NCBI GenBank assembly: GCA_963817385.1 | Contig: CAWFOM010000010.1 | Span: 320,001 to 384,000 of the forward strand | DNA from: an uncultured delta proteobacterium | GTDB taxonomy: Bacteria > Desulfobacterota > Syntrophia > Syntrophales > UBA5619 | Length of the DNA stretch: 64,000 nucleotides | Reading direction: 5' to 3' | Part shown: positions 31,158 through 41,315 of the stretch, one piece after another | Layout of the letters: each line of letters begins with the position of its first letter | Position numbering within the stretch: position 1 is the stretch's first letter | Program-made: the position numbers and the translations under genes | Notes under the pieces: generated by a model | The model's input: the letters and a program-made list of their open reading frames with translations, nothing else | Told to the model about the DNA's origin: nothing | Database searches by the model: none

Positions 31158-31187
31158 ATCAGGCGGAATGAAGAGGCGAGGCGGCTG

Positions 31188-31649
31188 ATGAAAAAAGCGG
31201 ATTTGATTACGGGTGTTGTTCTTTTGGTGCTCTCCGGCTATGTGATCCGGGAGGCCTGGCAGATGCCCCCATCGGCGACGTTCGGTCCGGGTTCGGGGTT
31301 TCTCCCCTTCTGGCTCGGGGTGATCCTGGCGGTTCTGGCGGTGATCCTGCTGGCAACCACCTGGCGCCGCCGGGCGACTGAGAAGGACGGCATCTCCCCG
31401 TTCCCGGGCAAGAAGGCGCTCATCGCGATCGGTTCGGTTCTGGGTGGGCTTGCGGCCTACATCATCCTGATCGAGGTGCTGGGATTTCTCCTGGACACGT
31501 TCCTGTACGTGGCGTTTCTGCTGGGGGTGGTGGAGCGGGAACGTTGGCTCATGACGCTCCTGGTTGCGGTGTCGACGACGGCGGGGCTTTATCTCATCTT
31601 TCAGGTTCTCCTGGGGATTACATTGCCCTCGAACATGTTCGGATTCTAG
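31188..31649 (+). CDS. TTT small membrane subunit (TctB family)
   Basis: Four-TM profile, GPGSGFLP, LGFLL, FQVLLGITLP; between tctC-like and tctA-like genes. Confidence 0.9.
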   Translation: MKKADLITGVVLLVLSGYVIREAWQMPPSATFGPGSGFLPFWLGVILAVLAVILLATTWRRRATEKDGISPFPGKKALIAIGSVLGGLAAYIILIEVLGFLLDTFLYVAFLLGVVERERWLMTLLVAVSTTAGLYLIFQVLLGITLPSNMFGF

Positions 31650-31669
31650 TCTGAGGCGGAGGTAGTATC

Positions 31670-33178
31670 GTGGATATATTTAATAATCTTATTCTGGGAT
31701 TTCAGGTCGCTTCCTCCTGGGAGAATCTCCTCTTCTGCTTTATCGGGACGCTCATCGGGACGCTCATCGGGGTTCTGCCGGGGATCGGCCCGACGACGGG
31801 GGTGGCGATTCTGATCCCGATCACGTTCGGGATGAATGCGACGACGGCGATCATCACGATGTGCGGGGTCTATTACGGGGCGATGTACGGGGGATCGACG
31901 ACGTCGATCCTCCTGAACGTGCCGGGGGAGTCCTCCTCGGTGATGACGACGCTGGACGGCTACCAGATGGCCAAGAACGGCCGGCCGGGTCCGGCCCTGG
32001 GGATGGCGGCCCTCGCGTCGTTCATCGCGGGGACCTTTGCGGTCCTGATGCTGACCTTCATCGCGCCCATGCTGGCCAATTATGCGGTTTCATTCGGGCC
32101 GCCGGAGTATTTCACCCTGACCTTCATGGGCCTCACGATGGTGACCTCACTGGGGGGCGACTCGCCGCTCAAGGGGATCATCAGCGGGGTTTTGGGGTTG
32201 ATCGTCGCCTGCGTCGGGATCGACGCGATCAGCGGCGTCGCCCGGTTCACCTTCGACAGCATGTACCTCCTCGACGGCGTCGGGTTCATCGGGATGGCGG
32301 TGGGGCTCTTTGCCGCCTCGGAGGTCCTGGTGAACATCGAGGCGCCGATGCAGCAGATCTTCACGGAGGCGAAGCTGAACTTCCTGAGCCTCTTTCCGAA
32401 CCTCCAGGACTGGAAGGATTCATTCGGGGCGATCTGGCGAGGATCGATCATCGGCTTTTTCGTGGGGGTCCTCCCCGGGGCGGGGGCAACGATCGCCTCG
32501 TTCATGGCCTACGCGGTCGAAAAGAGGATGAGCAAGCACCCGGAGAAGTTCGGGACTGGGGTCATCGAGGGGGTGGCGGCGCCGGAGGGGGCGAACAACT
32601 CGGCGGCGGGCGGCGCGATGGTGCCGCTCCTGACACTGGGGATCCCCGGATCGGGGACGACGGCGGTCATGCTGGGGGCGCTGATGATTCACGGGCTCAG
32701 ACCCGGGCCGCTCCTCTTTTCGACGCATCCCGACTTCGTCTGGGGGCTGATCGCCAGCATGTACATCGGCAACGTCATGCTTATCATCCAGAACATGCCG
32801 ATGATCGGCCTGTGGGTGCGGCTGCTGAAGGTCCCCTACTCGGTCCTGATGCCGCTGATCATCACGATCTCGGCGGTCGGCGTCTTCGCGACGGACAACA
32901 ACGTCTTCGACATGTGGGTGATGTTTGTCTTCGGCGTAATCGGCTATGTGATGCGGAAGCTCGATTATCCGCCGGCGCCGATGGTCCTGGCCTTGGTCCT
33001 GGGGCCGATGGTGGAGATGTCGCTGCGCCAGTCGCTCACCATCTCGCACGGGAGCATGGCGATCTTCTTCACCCGCCCCATCTCGGGTACGCTGGCGATC
33101 TTCGCTCTCCTCTCCCTCTTCGCCCCCCTCTTCCGGATCCTCTGGATCAGGTACAAGGCGGGAAGGGCGGCGGCGTAG
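31670..33178 (+). CDS. TTT large membrane subunit (TctA family)
   Basis: GVLPGIGP, YGGSTTSILLNVPG, FGPPEYF, APEGANN, LTLGIPG, PGPLLF. Confidence 0.96.
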   Translation: MDIFNNLILGFQVASSWENLLFCFIGTLIGTLIGVLPGIGPTTGVAILIPITFGMNATTAIITMCGVYYGAMYGGSTTSILLNVPGESSSVMTTLDGYQMAKNGRPGPALGMAALASFIAGTFAVLMLTFIAPMLANYAVSFGPPEYFTLTFMGLTMVTSLGGDSPLKGIISGVLGLIVACVGIDAISGVARFTFDSMYLLDGVGFIGMAVGLFAASEVLVNIEAPMQQIFTEAKLNFLSLFPNLQDWKDSFGAIWRGSIIGFFVGVLPGAGATIASFMAYAVEKRMSKHPEKFGTGVIEGVAAPEGANNSAAGGAMVPLLTLGIPGSGTTAVMLGALMIHGLRPGPLLFSTHPDFVWGLIASMYIGNVMLIIQNMPMIGLWVRLLKVPYSVLMPLIITISAVGVFATDNNVFDMWVMFVFGVIGYVMRKLDYPPAPMVLALVLGPMVEMSLRQSLTISHGSMAIFFTRPISGTLAIFALLSLFAPLFRILWIRYKAGRAAA

Positions 33179-33245
33179 ACAACAAGCCGGATGGCGAGAG
33201 CGTTTTTTAGATTATGCCCCATAAATGATCGATGAGGAGTTGTTG

Positions 33246-33782
33246 ATGAAAGTAATCGGAGTTCATATGGAGCGCTGCACGGGTTGCAAGACCTGTGAGC
33301 TGTACTGCGGAGCGGAGCGGGGGAGCGAGGGAAAGACGCTGCTTGCGGCGGTCCGGGAGACCCCGGCGCCCCAGCCGCGGGTGCGGGTCGAGGGGGGGCG
33401 GGACGCCTGTTTTCCCCTGCAGTGCCGCCACTGCCTGCAGGCGCCGTGCCTCGACGCCTGCCTCACCGGGGCGCTGATCCGTGATCCCGCAAGCGGGATG
33501 GTGATCATCCGGGAGGATCTCTGTATCGGGTGCTGGACCTGTACGGCCTTCTGCCCCTACGGGGTGATCAGCCCCTCCCCGGAGCGGAAGATCGCGATCA
33601 AGTGCGACCGGTGCCTGTACATGGAGAAGCCGGTCTGCGTCGACGTCTGTCCGACGAAGGCGCTGGAGGTGGTCGAGATCGAGGCTCTCGAAGAGCTGCT
33701 CCGGGAGAAGCGGCGCAAAACCGCGCACGGGATGGCGGCGGCCGGGGGCGTTGGGTTGAGCCTTCTGGACCTGGGAAGATAA
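33246..33782 (+). CDS. CooF/HydN-like multi-[4Fe-4S] protein
   Basis: CTGCKTCELYC, CRHCLQAPCLDAC, CIGCWTCTAFCPYG, KCDRC..PVCVDVCP. Confidence 0.92.
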   Translation: MKVIGVHMERCTGCKTCELYCGAERGSEGKTLLAAVRETPAPQPRVRVEGGRDACFPLQCRHCLQAPCLDACLTGALIRDPASGMVIIREDLCIGCWTCTAFCPYGVISPSPERKIAIKCDRCLYMEKPVCVDVCPTKALEVVEIEALEELLREKRRKTAHGMAAAGGVGLSLLDLGR

Positions 33783-33826
33783 ACGAGCATACATAAAATC
33801 GAATAGTCGGGGAGTTAAAGAAGCTT

Positions 33827-35279
33827 ATGGAAACAATTCATTTCAAGACGGTGGACCCGGTGAGCCAGGATCTGCTCCGCGGGGCGTCTCAGAAGGGGCT
33901 TTCTCTCAACTGGGAGAGGTATGAAAAACAGCAGCCGCAGGACGGTTTTCTGCGCCTGGGGCTCTCGTGCCCGTACGGGTGCATGCAGGGACCCTGCCGG
34001 ATCGATCCGTACGGACGGGGAGCGGACCGGGGGATCTGCGGGCTGGACCGGGACGCGATGGCCGCGGCGTTCCTGCTTCGCCTGACCCTCCAGGGGGTGC
34101 TGGAGACGATGCACGCCTATCCGGCGGGTGACGCGGGGAGATCGCCTGGCCGGCGCCGCTCGACAAACCGGCTGCGGCGGCCCTGGCGGCAGCCGGCGGG
34201 GGGCCTCGTCTCCACCGGGGAGATAGCGGCGAGCGCGGTCATGCTGGCGCGACCTTCGGCGACCCCGGAGGAGCTGGTCCGTCAGGCCGTCCGGCTGGGT
34301 CTTCTCGGGATCGGCATCGCGGAAGCGGGCAGGAAATCGGGACAATCCTCCGGGTCCCGGGGATGCCGGGTCGGTTACGGCCTCCTCGCCGGAGAGGCGA
34401 TCACGATCGGCCTGGCCGGGCGGGTTCCGGCGGCGCAGGTTGAGGCGCTCCTGAAGGCCGGCGGGAAGAAGCCGGACGTGCGGCTGGTATCGCTCGGGGA
34501 GTGGCTCCCCGCCGGGGAGGGGTTTCTTCCCATCGTCTGCACGTCGGGCGAGGCGGAGACCGTCCTGAGCTCGGGGAAGATTAACCTCCTTCTGGTGGGT
34601 CCCCAGTGCGATCCGGGCATCCCGGCCCTCTGCGCACGGATGAAGGTGCCGGTTCTCATGAGCTCCGACAACCCCGCTGCGGCGGCGGTTCTCAAGCAGG
34701 CCCGGGCGGCGTTCGAAGGCCGGGGTCCCTCCTCCTTCTCCCCCGATGCAGCCCTGATCGGGGAAGGACGCGTGAGCATCGGCGAGCGCGAGATCCAGGC
34801 GGCCCTGAAGGACGGCCCTTCGGCGAAGATCGCCCTGATCGGCGGCGCGGACACCCTCCTGCAGTCTCTCGGCCACCTTCCCGTGGAGCTGGCCAAGGCG
34901 CTCCGCGGCGAGGCGCTTGCGGTCGCCTCCTGGGGCGATGCCGCCCTCTGGATGCTCAAAGCAGGAGCTTCCCGTCGGGATCCTGGAGGCGGAGGAAGGG
35001 CCGATGACCGCGGTCAGGACACTGGCGAAGGCCGGAAAGCTTTCGGCAATCAAGGGGATCTGCTTCACGGGTCTCAGGGACTGCCGGGAGTTCACGCGGG
35101 CCCTGGGGCTCGCCGCACTCGGGCTGAAGGTTTCTCTCGCCGTGCCCGTTCCCCTCTGGGGGAGCGAGAAGGTCCGCACGGCGCTTCGGGAGAGCCTGGC
35201 GGCCGCGGGCGGGATCCTGGCCCATTTTGACCACCCGGCCCAGGGGGAAGAGCTCCTGGAGTGGTTCCTCCGGGCGTGA
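33827..35279 (+). CDS. Atypical CO dehydrogenase (CooS)-fold protein lacking most C-cluster ligands (frameshifts near 34140-34200 and 34960)
   Basis: WERYEKQQPQ, CMQGPCRI, RGICG N-terminus; AAFEGR, VELAKAL, PLWGSEKV are collinear with CooS by recalled-sequence comparison; flanked by cooF-like and FAD/NAD oxidoreductase genes. Confidence 0.8.
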
Positions 35280-35302
35280 TGGAAAGGATGAGGAGCATCT
35301 CC

Positions 35303-36554
35303 ATGCAATGTATCATCGTTGGCGGCGGCGTCGCCGGTTTTCAGGCCGCCGCGACCTGCCGGGCGATATGGCCCGAGCGGGCCGTGACCCTGATCGACGC
35401 CGAGAGTGAATGCGGATATTACCGGACGCTCCTGCCCCAGTTCATGGTGGGGGCGCTCCCGGAAGAGAAGCTCTTCTTCCGGCGGGAGGGGAATGACCCG
35501 CTCCTGAAAGTACGAACCGGCGTCCGGGTGAAGAAGCTGGATCGCAGCGGCTCCCGGCTCATTTTGGCCGATGGGGAGGAGATCCCCTACGACCGCCTGA
35601 TCCTCGCCCACGGCGGGGATCCGTACCTGCCCGGCATCCTCGCCGGTCCGCCCGCGAAGGGGATCTTTCCCGTCCGCGACCTGACGACGGCGCGGGCGGC
35701 GAAGGCGTGGCTTGCCGATCACCGGCAGGTGATCGTCTTCGGCGGCTCGCTCGTCGGGGTAAAGACGGCGGTTCATCTGCGGCAGGCGGGGTTCGACGTC
35801 TCGCTTATCGTCAGGCGGGGCCATATTCTCCTGCGCGCCCTCTCTCCGGAAGCGGCTCAGGTCGTCGAGGCGCATCTCGAAGGATTTGGGGGTTCGCCTG
35901 GTTGTCGATGCGCCCCTGGAGGATATCCGCATCGAGCAGGGGGCGATCGCGGCCCTCAAGGCGGGGGGTCAGTGGATCGCCTGCGACACCCTGCTCGTGG
36001 CGGCCGGAACCGCGCCCGACACGGCGTTTCTGGAGGGGACGGGCCTTCTGACGGAGGGTGAGCTCGTCGTCTCCCCGGCGCTGCAGACGGCCGATCCGCG
36101 GATCTTCGCCGCGGGCGATGTGGCCGTGATAGCCGGCGCGGCCGGGGAGAAGATCAGCCCGAACACCTGGCCGCAGGCCGTCTCGCAGGGGAGGACGGCG
36201 GCGGAGAATCTCTACCGGAAGACGCCCCTGCCCCATCGCGACCGGACACGGATCAATGCGATGGAGCTCCATGGTCTGGCCATGGTCATCCTCGGCCCCC
36301 CGGTTGACGGGGCGGAGGTGATCTCGTATGCGAGACCCGAGGAGCGTGTCCGGCGCGAGCTCTTCCTCAGGGGAGGAAAGCCGGTGGGAGGCGCGCTGAT
36401 CGGCGACATCTCGGCCGCCGGAACGCTCCGCGCCCTGATCAATGCCGGGCGGGAGATCACCCCCGGGGACGCCGCGCTCCTCAAGCCCCTGACGAGGAGC
36501 GTCATCCGTTTTCCCGAACACGCGGGCCGCAGGCAGGCCCTGATTCTTTCCTAA
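35303..36554 (+). CDS. FAD-dependent pyridine nucleotide-disulfide oxidoreductase (NirB/FNOR-like; frameshift near 35885)
   Basis: IIVGGGVAG, YDRLILAHG, GGSLVG, TADPRIFAAGD, AVSQGRTAAEN. Confidence 0.88.
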
Positions 36555-36569
36555 CATGAGGTTACGTCT

Positions 36570-37295
36570 ATGATGATTCTTGAAGAGAAATGTGTGGGCT
36601 GCGGCCGTTGCCAGCCCTACTGTCCCACCGCCGCGATCAGATATGACGGGCTGAAAAGCGCAATCGACCAGGATGTCTGCTATGAATGCAGCACCTGCCT
36701 GCGCGCCGCGCACTGCCCGGTCGACGCCATCGCGGAATCGCCCAATGTGTACGACTACCCCCGGGCGCTGCGCCGCTATTTCAGCGATCCCAGTGCGACG
36801 CACGCGGCCACCGGCATCCAGGGCCGCGGAACCGAGGAGTCCAAGACGAACGATGTCACCCTCCGCGTCGGTCCCGGCGAGGTCGGCGTCGCCATCGAGA
36901 TCGGCCGGCCCACACTCGGGATGTCGATTCTGGACATCCAGAAGATCTCCCGGGCGATCGCCCGCGCCGGCGTCCACAAGATCGAGGCGCACAACCCGAT
37001 CCACTCCATGATCGCCGACGAGGCGACGGGGGATCTCAAGCCGGAGATGCTCGGGGAACGGGTGCTCTCGGCGATCATCGAGATCAAGGTGAAGCGGGAT
37101 CAGCTCCGCGGCATCCTCCGGACACTCAAGGAGGTCGCCAAGGAGGTGGACAGCGTCTTCTGCATCGACGCCTGCACCATCGTCGAGCCGGGGCTCACGA
37201 TCCCGGAGGAGGTCCTGGAGAGCATCCGGGCGGAGGGGTTAACCTGGCGGCCGAACGCCAAGATCAACATGGGCCTCGGACGGGCCTGGGAATAA
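36570..37295 (+). CDS. 2x[4Fe-4S] ferredoxin-domain protein with uncharacterised C-terminal domain
   Basis: CVGCGRCQPYCP, CYECSTCLRAAHCP; downstream GRGTEESKTNDVT, IGRP and INMGLGR segments of unknown function. Confidence 0.85.
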   Translation: MMILEEKCVGCGRCQPYCPTAAIRYDGLKSAIDQDVCYECSTCLRAAHCPVDAIAESPNVYDYPRALRRYFSDPSATHAATGIQGRGTEESKTNDVTLRVGPGEVGVAIEIGRPTLGMSILDIQKISRAIARAGVHKIEAHNPIHSMIADEATGDLKPEMLGERVLSAIIEIKVKRDQLRGILRTLKEVAKEVDSVFCIDACTIVEPGLTIPEEVLESIRAEGLTWRPNAKINMGLGRAWE

Positions 37296-37305
37296 GGATA
37301 CAATC

Positions 37306-37957
37306 ATGACTCACAGTTTGCACAGGGAAGGCAGCCGGGAATCGCTGGAGAAGGACTATGTCCTGTTCATCTACCCGGCGAGGGGATTCAACTACAAGGG
37401 GAGCGCCCCGAAGGTTCGTCATATGGTCGAGCTGCTCTATCAGGCCGGTCCGGTCAACATGATCCCGACGTCACTTGCGCCGCAACATGTACAGCGGGGT
37501 GACGAACGAGGAGATCCTCGACAGCATTACCGTCGAGGGGACGCGCGTCTACTCCGTCTTCAACGACCGGGAGAAGCTCAAGAAGGCGGTGATCTTGCTC
37601 AAGGAGGCGAACGAGGGGATCTCCGTCATGGTCAGCGGGCTCACCGACCGCGTCCGGGAGCTCGCCGCGGAGTGCGGCATCACCCCCCACATGATCAACC
37701 TGTCGCTCGGCATCCACGGGCGGACGGACCGCCTGCCGCCGGCGGACATCCGGGAGTTCACGACGATGTGCGGCCACGGCGTCGTCTCGCCCTACCTGGT
37801 CAAGGATATGATCCGCCGGGTCAAGACGGGCAAGGTCAGCGAATGGGACGGAAGCGTGCTCCTCGCGGAGCCCTGCACGTGCGGCATCTACAACCCGTGC
37901 CGTTCGGCGGAACTGCTCCGGGAAAAATCGCCTCTCTACACGATCGACCGCTTGTAG
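37306..37957 (+). CDS. Hypothetical putative metalloprotein (frameshift near 37475)
   Basis: Joined frames give THSLH..., TTMCGHG and CTCGIYNP; AAGGA RBS; closely coupled to neighbours. Confidence 0.7.
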
Positions 37958-37973
37958 CGGCGGGAGGATCCGG

Positions 37974-38863
37974 ATGAAGCTGGGATTTATCGGTTTCGGG
38001 GGCGCGGGCTACGGCCTGGCCAAAGGGCTCAAACAGGCGGGGCTCGAAGAGCTCCATTTCCACGACCGCATGCAGGAGACGCCGCCCTACGCGGAGGTGA
38101 TCGAACGGCACGCCGCCGAGACGGGCGCAGTCCGGGCGTCTAACCGTCCGTGAGCTTCTCGACCGCGTGGAGGTCGTGATCTCCTGCGTCACGGGTGCGA
38201 TGGCGATCGAAGTGGCGCGTGAGGCGGCGCCCTTCCTCAGGGCCGGCCACCTCTACGCGGATGTCAATACCGCATCGCCGCACGTCAAGGAGACCGTTGC
38301 CGGGATCGTCGAGACGGCAGGGGGGCTCTTTGCCGACGCGGCGATGATGGGGGCGATTCCGGCCTTCCTCCACCGGGTGCCGATCCTCGCCTCGGGATCC
38401 GGAGCCGCGCGCTTCCTGGAATTGATGCAGCCGTACGGGATGAACATCCGGGTGATCGGCGAGAAGCCAGGCCAGGCCTCCGCCATCAAGATGTTCCGCA
38501 GCATCTTCATGAAGGGTCTCCTCTCACTTTTTCTCGAGATGCTGACCGCGACACACCGCTACGGCGTCGATGAGATGGTCCTTGCGTCCATCGCCGAGTC
38601 GCTGGACGGGACGCCCTTCCGGGAGACCGCGCGGCGTGCAGATGACCAAGGGGACCGTCAACGCAGAGCGGATGGCCCACGAGATGGAGGAGGTGATCGC
38701 CACACTGGAGGAACTCGGCGTCCCTGCGGAGATGTCCCGGGCTTCCCGGGAAAAGCTCCTTTGGTGCGCTGGCTTCGGTCTGCGCGAGCGCTTCGGCGGC
38801 GAGCTGCCGTCCACCCTCGCGGAGGTCCTCGGGGAGCTCGAACGAACACCGGCTAACAAATAA
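37974..38863 (+). CDS. NAD(P)-dependent beta-hydroxyacid dehydrogenase (HIBADH/6PGD-like, DUF1932-type; frameshifts near 38140 and 38635)
   Basis: MKLGFIGFGGAG Rossmann start (not in ORF track), YADVNTASP, FADAAMMG, ASAIKMFRSIFMKGL, RMAHEMEEV. Confidence 0.85.
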
Positions 38864-38950
38864 GGTCCGCATGAGACAGGCCATGCCAGCCCGGCCTTTT
38901 TCCAAAATCATTGGTGAGTTAACAGGAGTCTTGCAAAACACCCTGTTTGC

Positions 38951-39008
38951 AGGCTGTTCAAACATGGTTCAGATGCAAGGCGCGCAAAAACCGAAGAGTG
39001 AGGTGTAT
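38951..39008 (-). repeat. Degenerate partial copy of the palindromic repeat family
   Basis: GCAAGGCGCGC-N9-AGAGTGAGGTGTA resembles the reverse complement of the copy 1/2 core (GCAAGGCGCGC-N9-GGAATGAGGCGTA). Confidence 0.55.
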
Positions 39009-39010
39009 AT

Positions 39011-39752
39011 ATGCAGGTTGATGCGCTCACGATCATGGTTCTCGCCATCCTTTTCGTCTCGACGCTGGTCCGCGCCGTCTTCGGTTTCGGAAACGCCCTG
39101 ATTGCTATGCCGCTCCTGGCCATGACCTCGATCGGCATGAAAACGGCATCGCCGCTTGTCGCCCTGATCGCAACTCTCCTGTCGCTCATGATTCTCTGGA
39201 AGGACTGGCGGATTATCGATTTCAAGTGCACCTGGAGGCTTCTGGCCGCCACCCTGCCGGGGACCCCCCTCGGACTCCTCCTCCTCAAGGGTCCTTATGA
39301 AAACACGGGCAAGATCATCCTCGCCCTCATCATCATCGGGTTTTCCCTTTACAGCCTATTCAGACCGCGGCTCATTGCGCTCACGCGCGAATGGACCGCA
39401 TATCCCTTCGGCTTTCTCGCCGGCATCCTGGGCGGCGCCTACAACTCCAACGGCCCTCCCATCGTGATCTACGGAACCATCCGCAGATGGCCGCCGGACT
39501 GCTTCCGGGCGAACCTCCAGGGCTACTTTTTCCCGGCAAATCTCATCATCATCACGGGGCATGGTCTGGGCGGTCTCTGGACACCAGCGGTCGGATGGTA
39601 TTTTCTCCTCGCACTGCCGGCGATCCTGCTTGTCCATGTGGGTCGGAAACCGCCTCAACCGCATAATCCCCCCGGGACATTTCGAGCGATATATCCACAT
39701 CCTCCTGATCCTGATCGGCGCTTTGCTCCTCATCCAGACAATTACGGCCTGA
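39011..39752 (+). CDS. Sulfite exporter TauE/SafE family protein (frameshift near 39630)
   Basis: FGFGNALIAMPLL, PGTPLG, GFLAGILGGAYNSNGPPIVIY, FRANLQGYF. Confidence 0.88.
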
Positions 39753-39765
39753 AGCCCTCGGCGAC

Positions 39766-40644
39766 CTACCTCCCTTCTCTCCCGCCCGGAGCGTCTCCCG
39801 GCATGAGAGTCGTCACGGATGCGGCCGCCTCGCCATTTTCCGCCGCACGGGGGTTCACGGCGCCCTCCCCGGGCGGCGGCTCTCCCCCTGCTCCTCCCTG
39901 ATCCGTGCCGGCAGAGGCGGGTTCGTTCATCATCTCCTCAAAATCGGGGATGACGATCCCGCGCCGGACCATGATGCGGTAGATCGCTTCCGCCCTCTTC
40001 TCCACATAACTGCCTCCGCCGACGGGACGGTACCTAAGCGGGCTGGGCAGGACTACGGCCAGGAGTGCCGCCTCTCGTGCCGTCAGGTCGGCGGCGCTTT
40101 TCCCGAAGTAGTGTCGTGCGGCGGCTGCGATCCCGAAGATGCCGTCCCCCCACTCGGCAACGTTCAGGTAGATCTCGATGATCCGCCTCTTGGAAAGATT
40201 CCTCTCCAGACGCCATGTCAGAATCGCCTCCTTGAGCTTCCGAACCGGACTCCTCGAAGGAGTCAAATAGAGGTTCTTCACAAGCTGCTGGCTGATCGTG
40301 CTTCCCCCTGCCTGGAATTTTCGCTTCTTGAGGTCCTTCTCGAGGGCCTTCTGGATCGCTTCGAAATCGAACCCTTCATGGACCCAAAACTTGTCATCCT
40401 CGGCGATGATGACCGCTTTGAGAACATAGGGGGAAATTCTCGCAAGCGGCACCCACTCCTGGAGGATCCTCTTGCGAATCCCTTCCCGCTGCCACTGCCG
40501 TTCCCGGTACTCCATGAAGGCGGTTTTTGTCGGTCGCTCCTGCTTGAGCCGGGAGACGTTCGGATGGACGAGATAAACGACGATCGGCGATATAAAAACG
40601 ACCGAGATCAGGATGACGATAAAAGCTGCCCATCTCTTTCCCAT
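39766..40644 (-). CDS. mtgA: Monofunctional peptidoglycan glycosyltransferase
   Basis: AEDDKFWVHEGFD, GGSTISQQLVKNLYL, RKLKEA, KRRIIEIYLNVAEWG. Confidence 0.93.
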   Translation of the reverse strand: MGKRWAAFIVILISVVFISPIVVYLVHPNVSRLKQERPTKTAFMEYRERQWQREGIRKRILQEWVPLARISPYVLKAVIIAEDDKFWVHEGFDFEAIQKALEKDLKKRKFQAGGSTISQQLVKNLYLTPSRSPVRKLKEAILTWRLERNLSKRRIIEIYLNVAEWGDGIFGIAAAARHYFGKSAADLTAREAALLAVVLPSPLRYRPVGGGSYVEKRAEAIYRIMVRRGIVIPDFEEMMNEPASAGTDQGGAGGEPPPGEGAVNPRAAENGEAAASVTTLMPGDAPGGREGR

Positions 40645-40944
40645 ATTTTCAAACCCCTGCGCTGATATCCGACCGGACCGGACATCACGGAACCATACCC
40701 TATTTTTTATCCGTTGGAAAGGAGAGGTGGAAATCACCCTTGAGCATACGCTTCAGGATGAAGACGATCTTCTCGCTGCAGCAAATTAATGATACTTCTC
40801 CGAGGATCGCTGTCGGTGAGCCGATTATGGTGGAAAATACTGATCATTTCCAGTATGAACATGCCAAGCGGGCAGTGAGCGGTCACGAGGATATCGGACC
40901 TCAAAATCGACGGTCCCCGATGCCACTTTTCCTTTTTCGTCAGG

Positions 40945-41139
40945 TTACCGCTGGTGATCCGCCGGATCTATCGGTCGTTTTGCCTTATTGATCTGTTTAA
41001 GAACCTCGTCCAAATCAAACCGCCAGGACCTTCCGATCTTGAAACCCGGCAATTTCCCCTCTGCGGCAAGCTTGCATACCGTCTCTTGCGTGATGCGAAG
41101 AAACTCCGCTAATTCTTTTGGCTTCACGATTTTCGTCAT
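40945..41139 (-). CDS. Small excisionase-like helix-turn-helix protein (HTH_17 type)
   Basis: ELAEFLRITQETVCKLAAEGKLPGFKIGRSWRF; GGAGG RBS. Confidence 0.88.
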   Translation of the reverse strand: MTKIVKPKELAEFLRITQETVCKLAAEGKLPGFKIGRSWRFDLDEVLKQINKAKRPIDPADHQR

Positions 41140-41315
41140 CAATGTGCCTCCGTTATTCACTGTTCCCCTGCTTTACCGATTGCTCTCCGCAATGCGATCA
41201 AGGTCCCTCTGCTCCGCCATGCACAGCATGAAAACCGGCGTCTGCGAAAAATCCTGAATCCATCCACTTCGAGGGGGTCACCCGAATGGGGGAAACACTT
41301 CCCTCGGACCGTTAT

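Noticed and set aside
40945..41139. Prophage remnant suggested by the excisionase-like and holin-like genes
   Set aside because: No other phage genes; both families are common on bacterial chromosomes and lie about 22 kb apart
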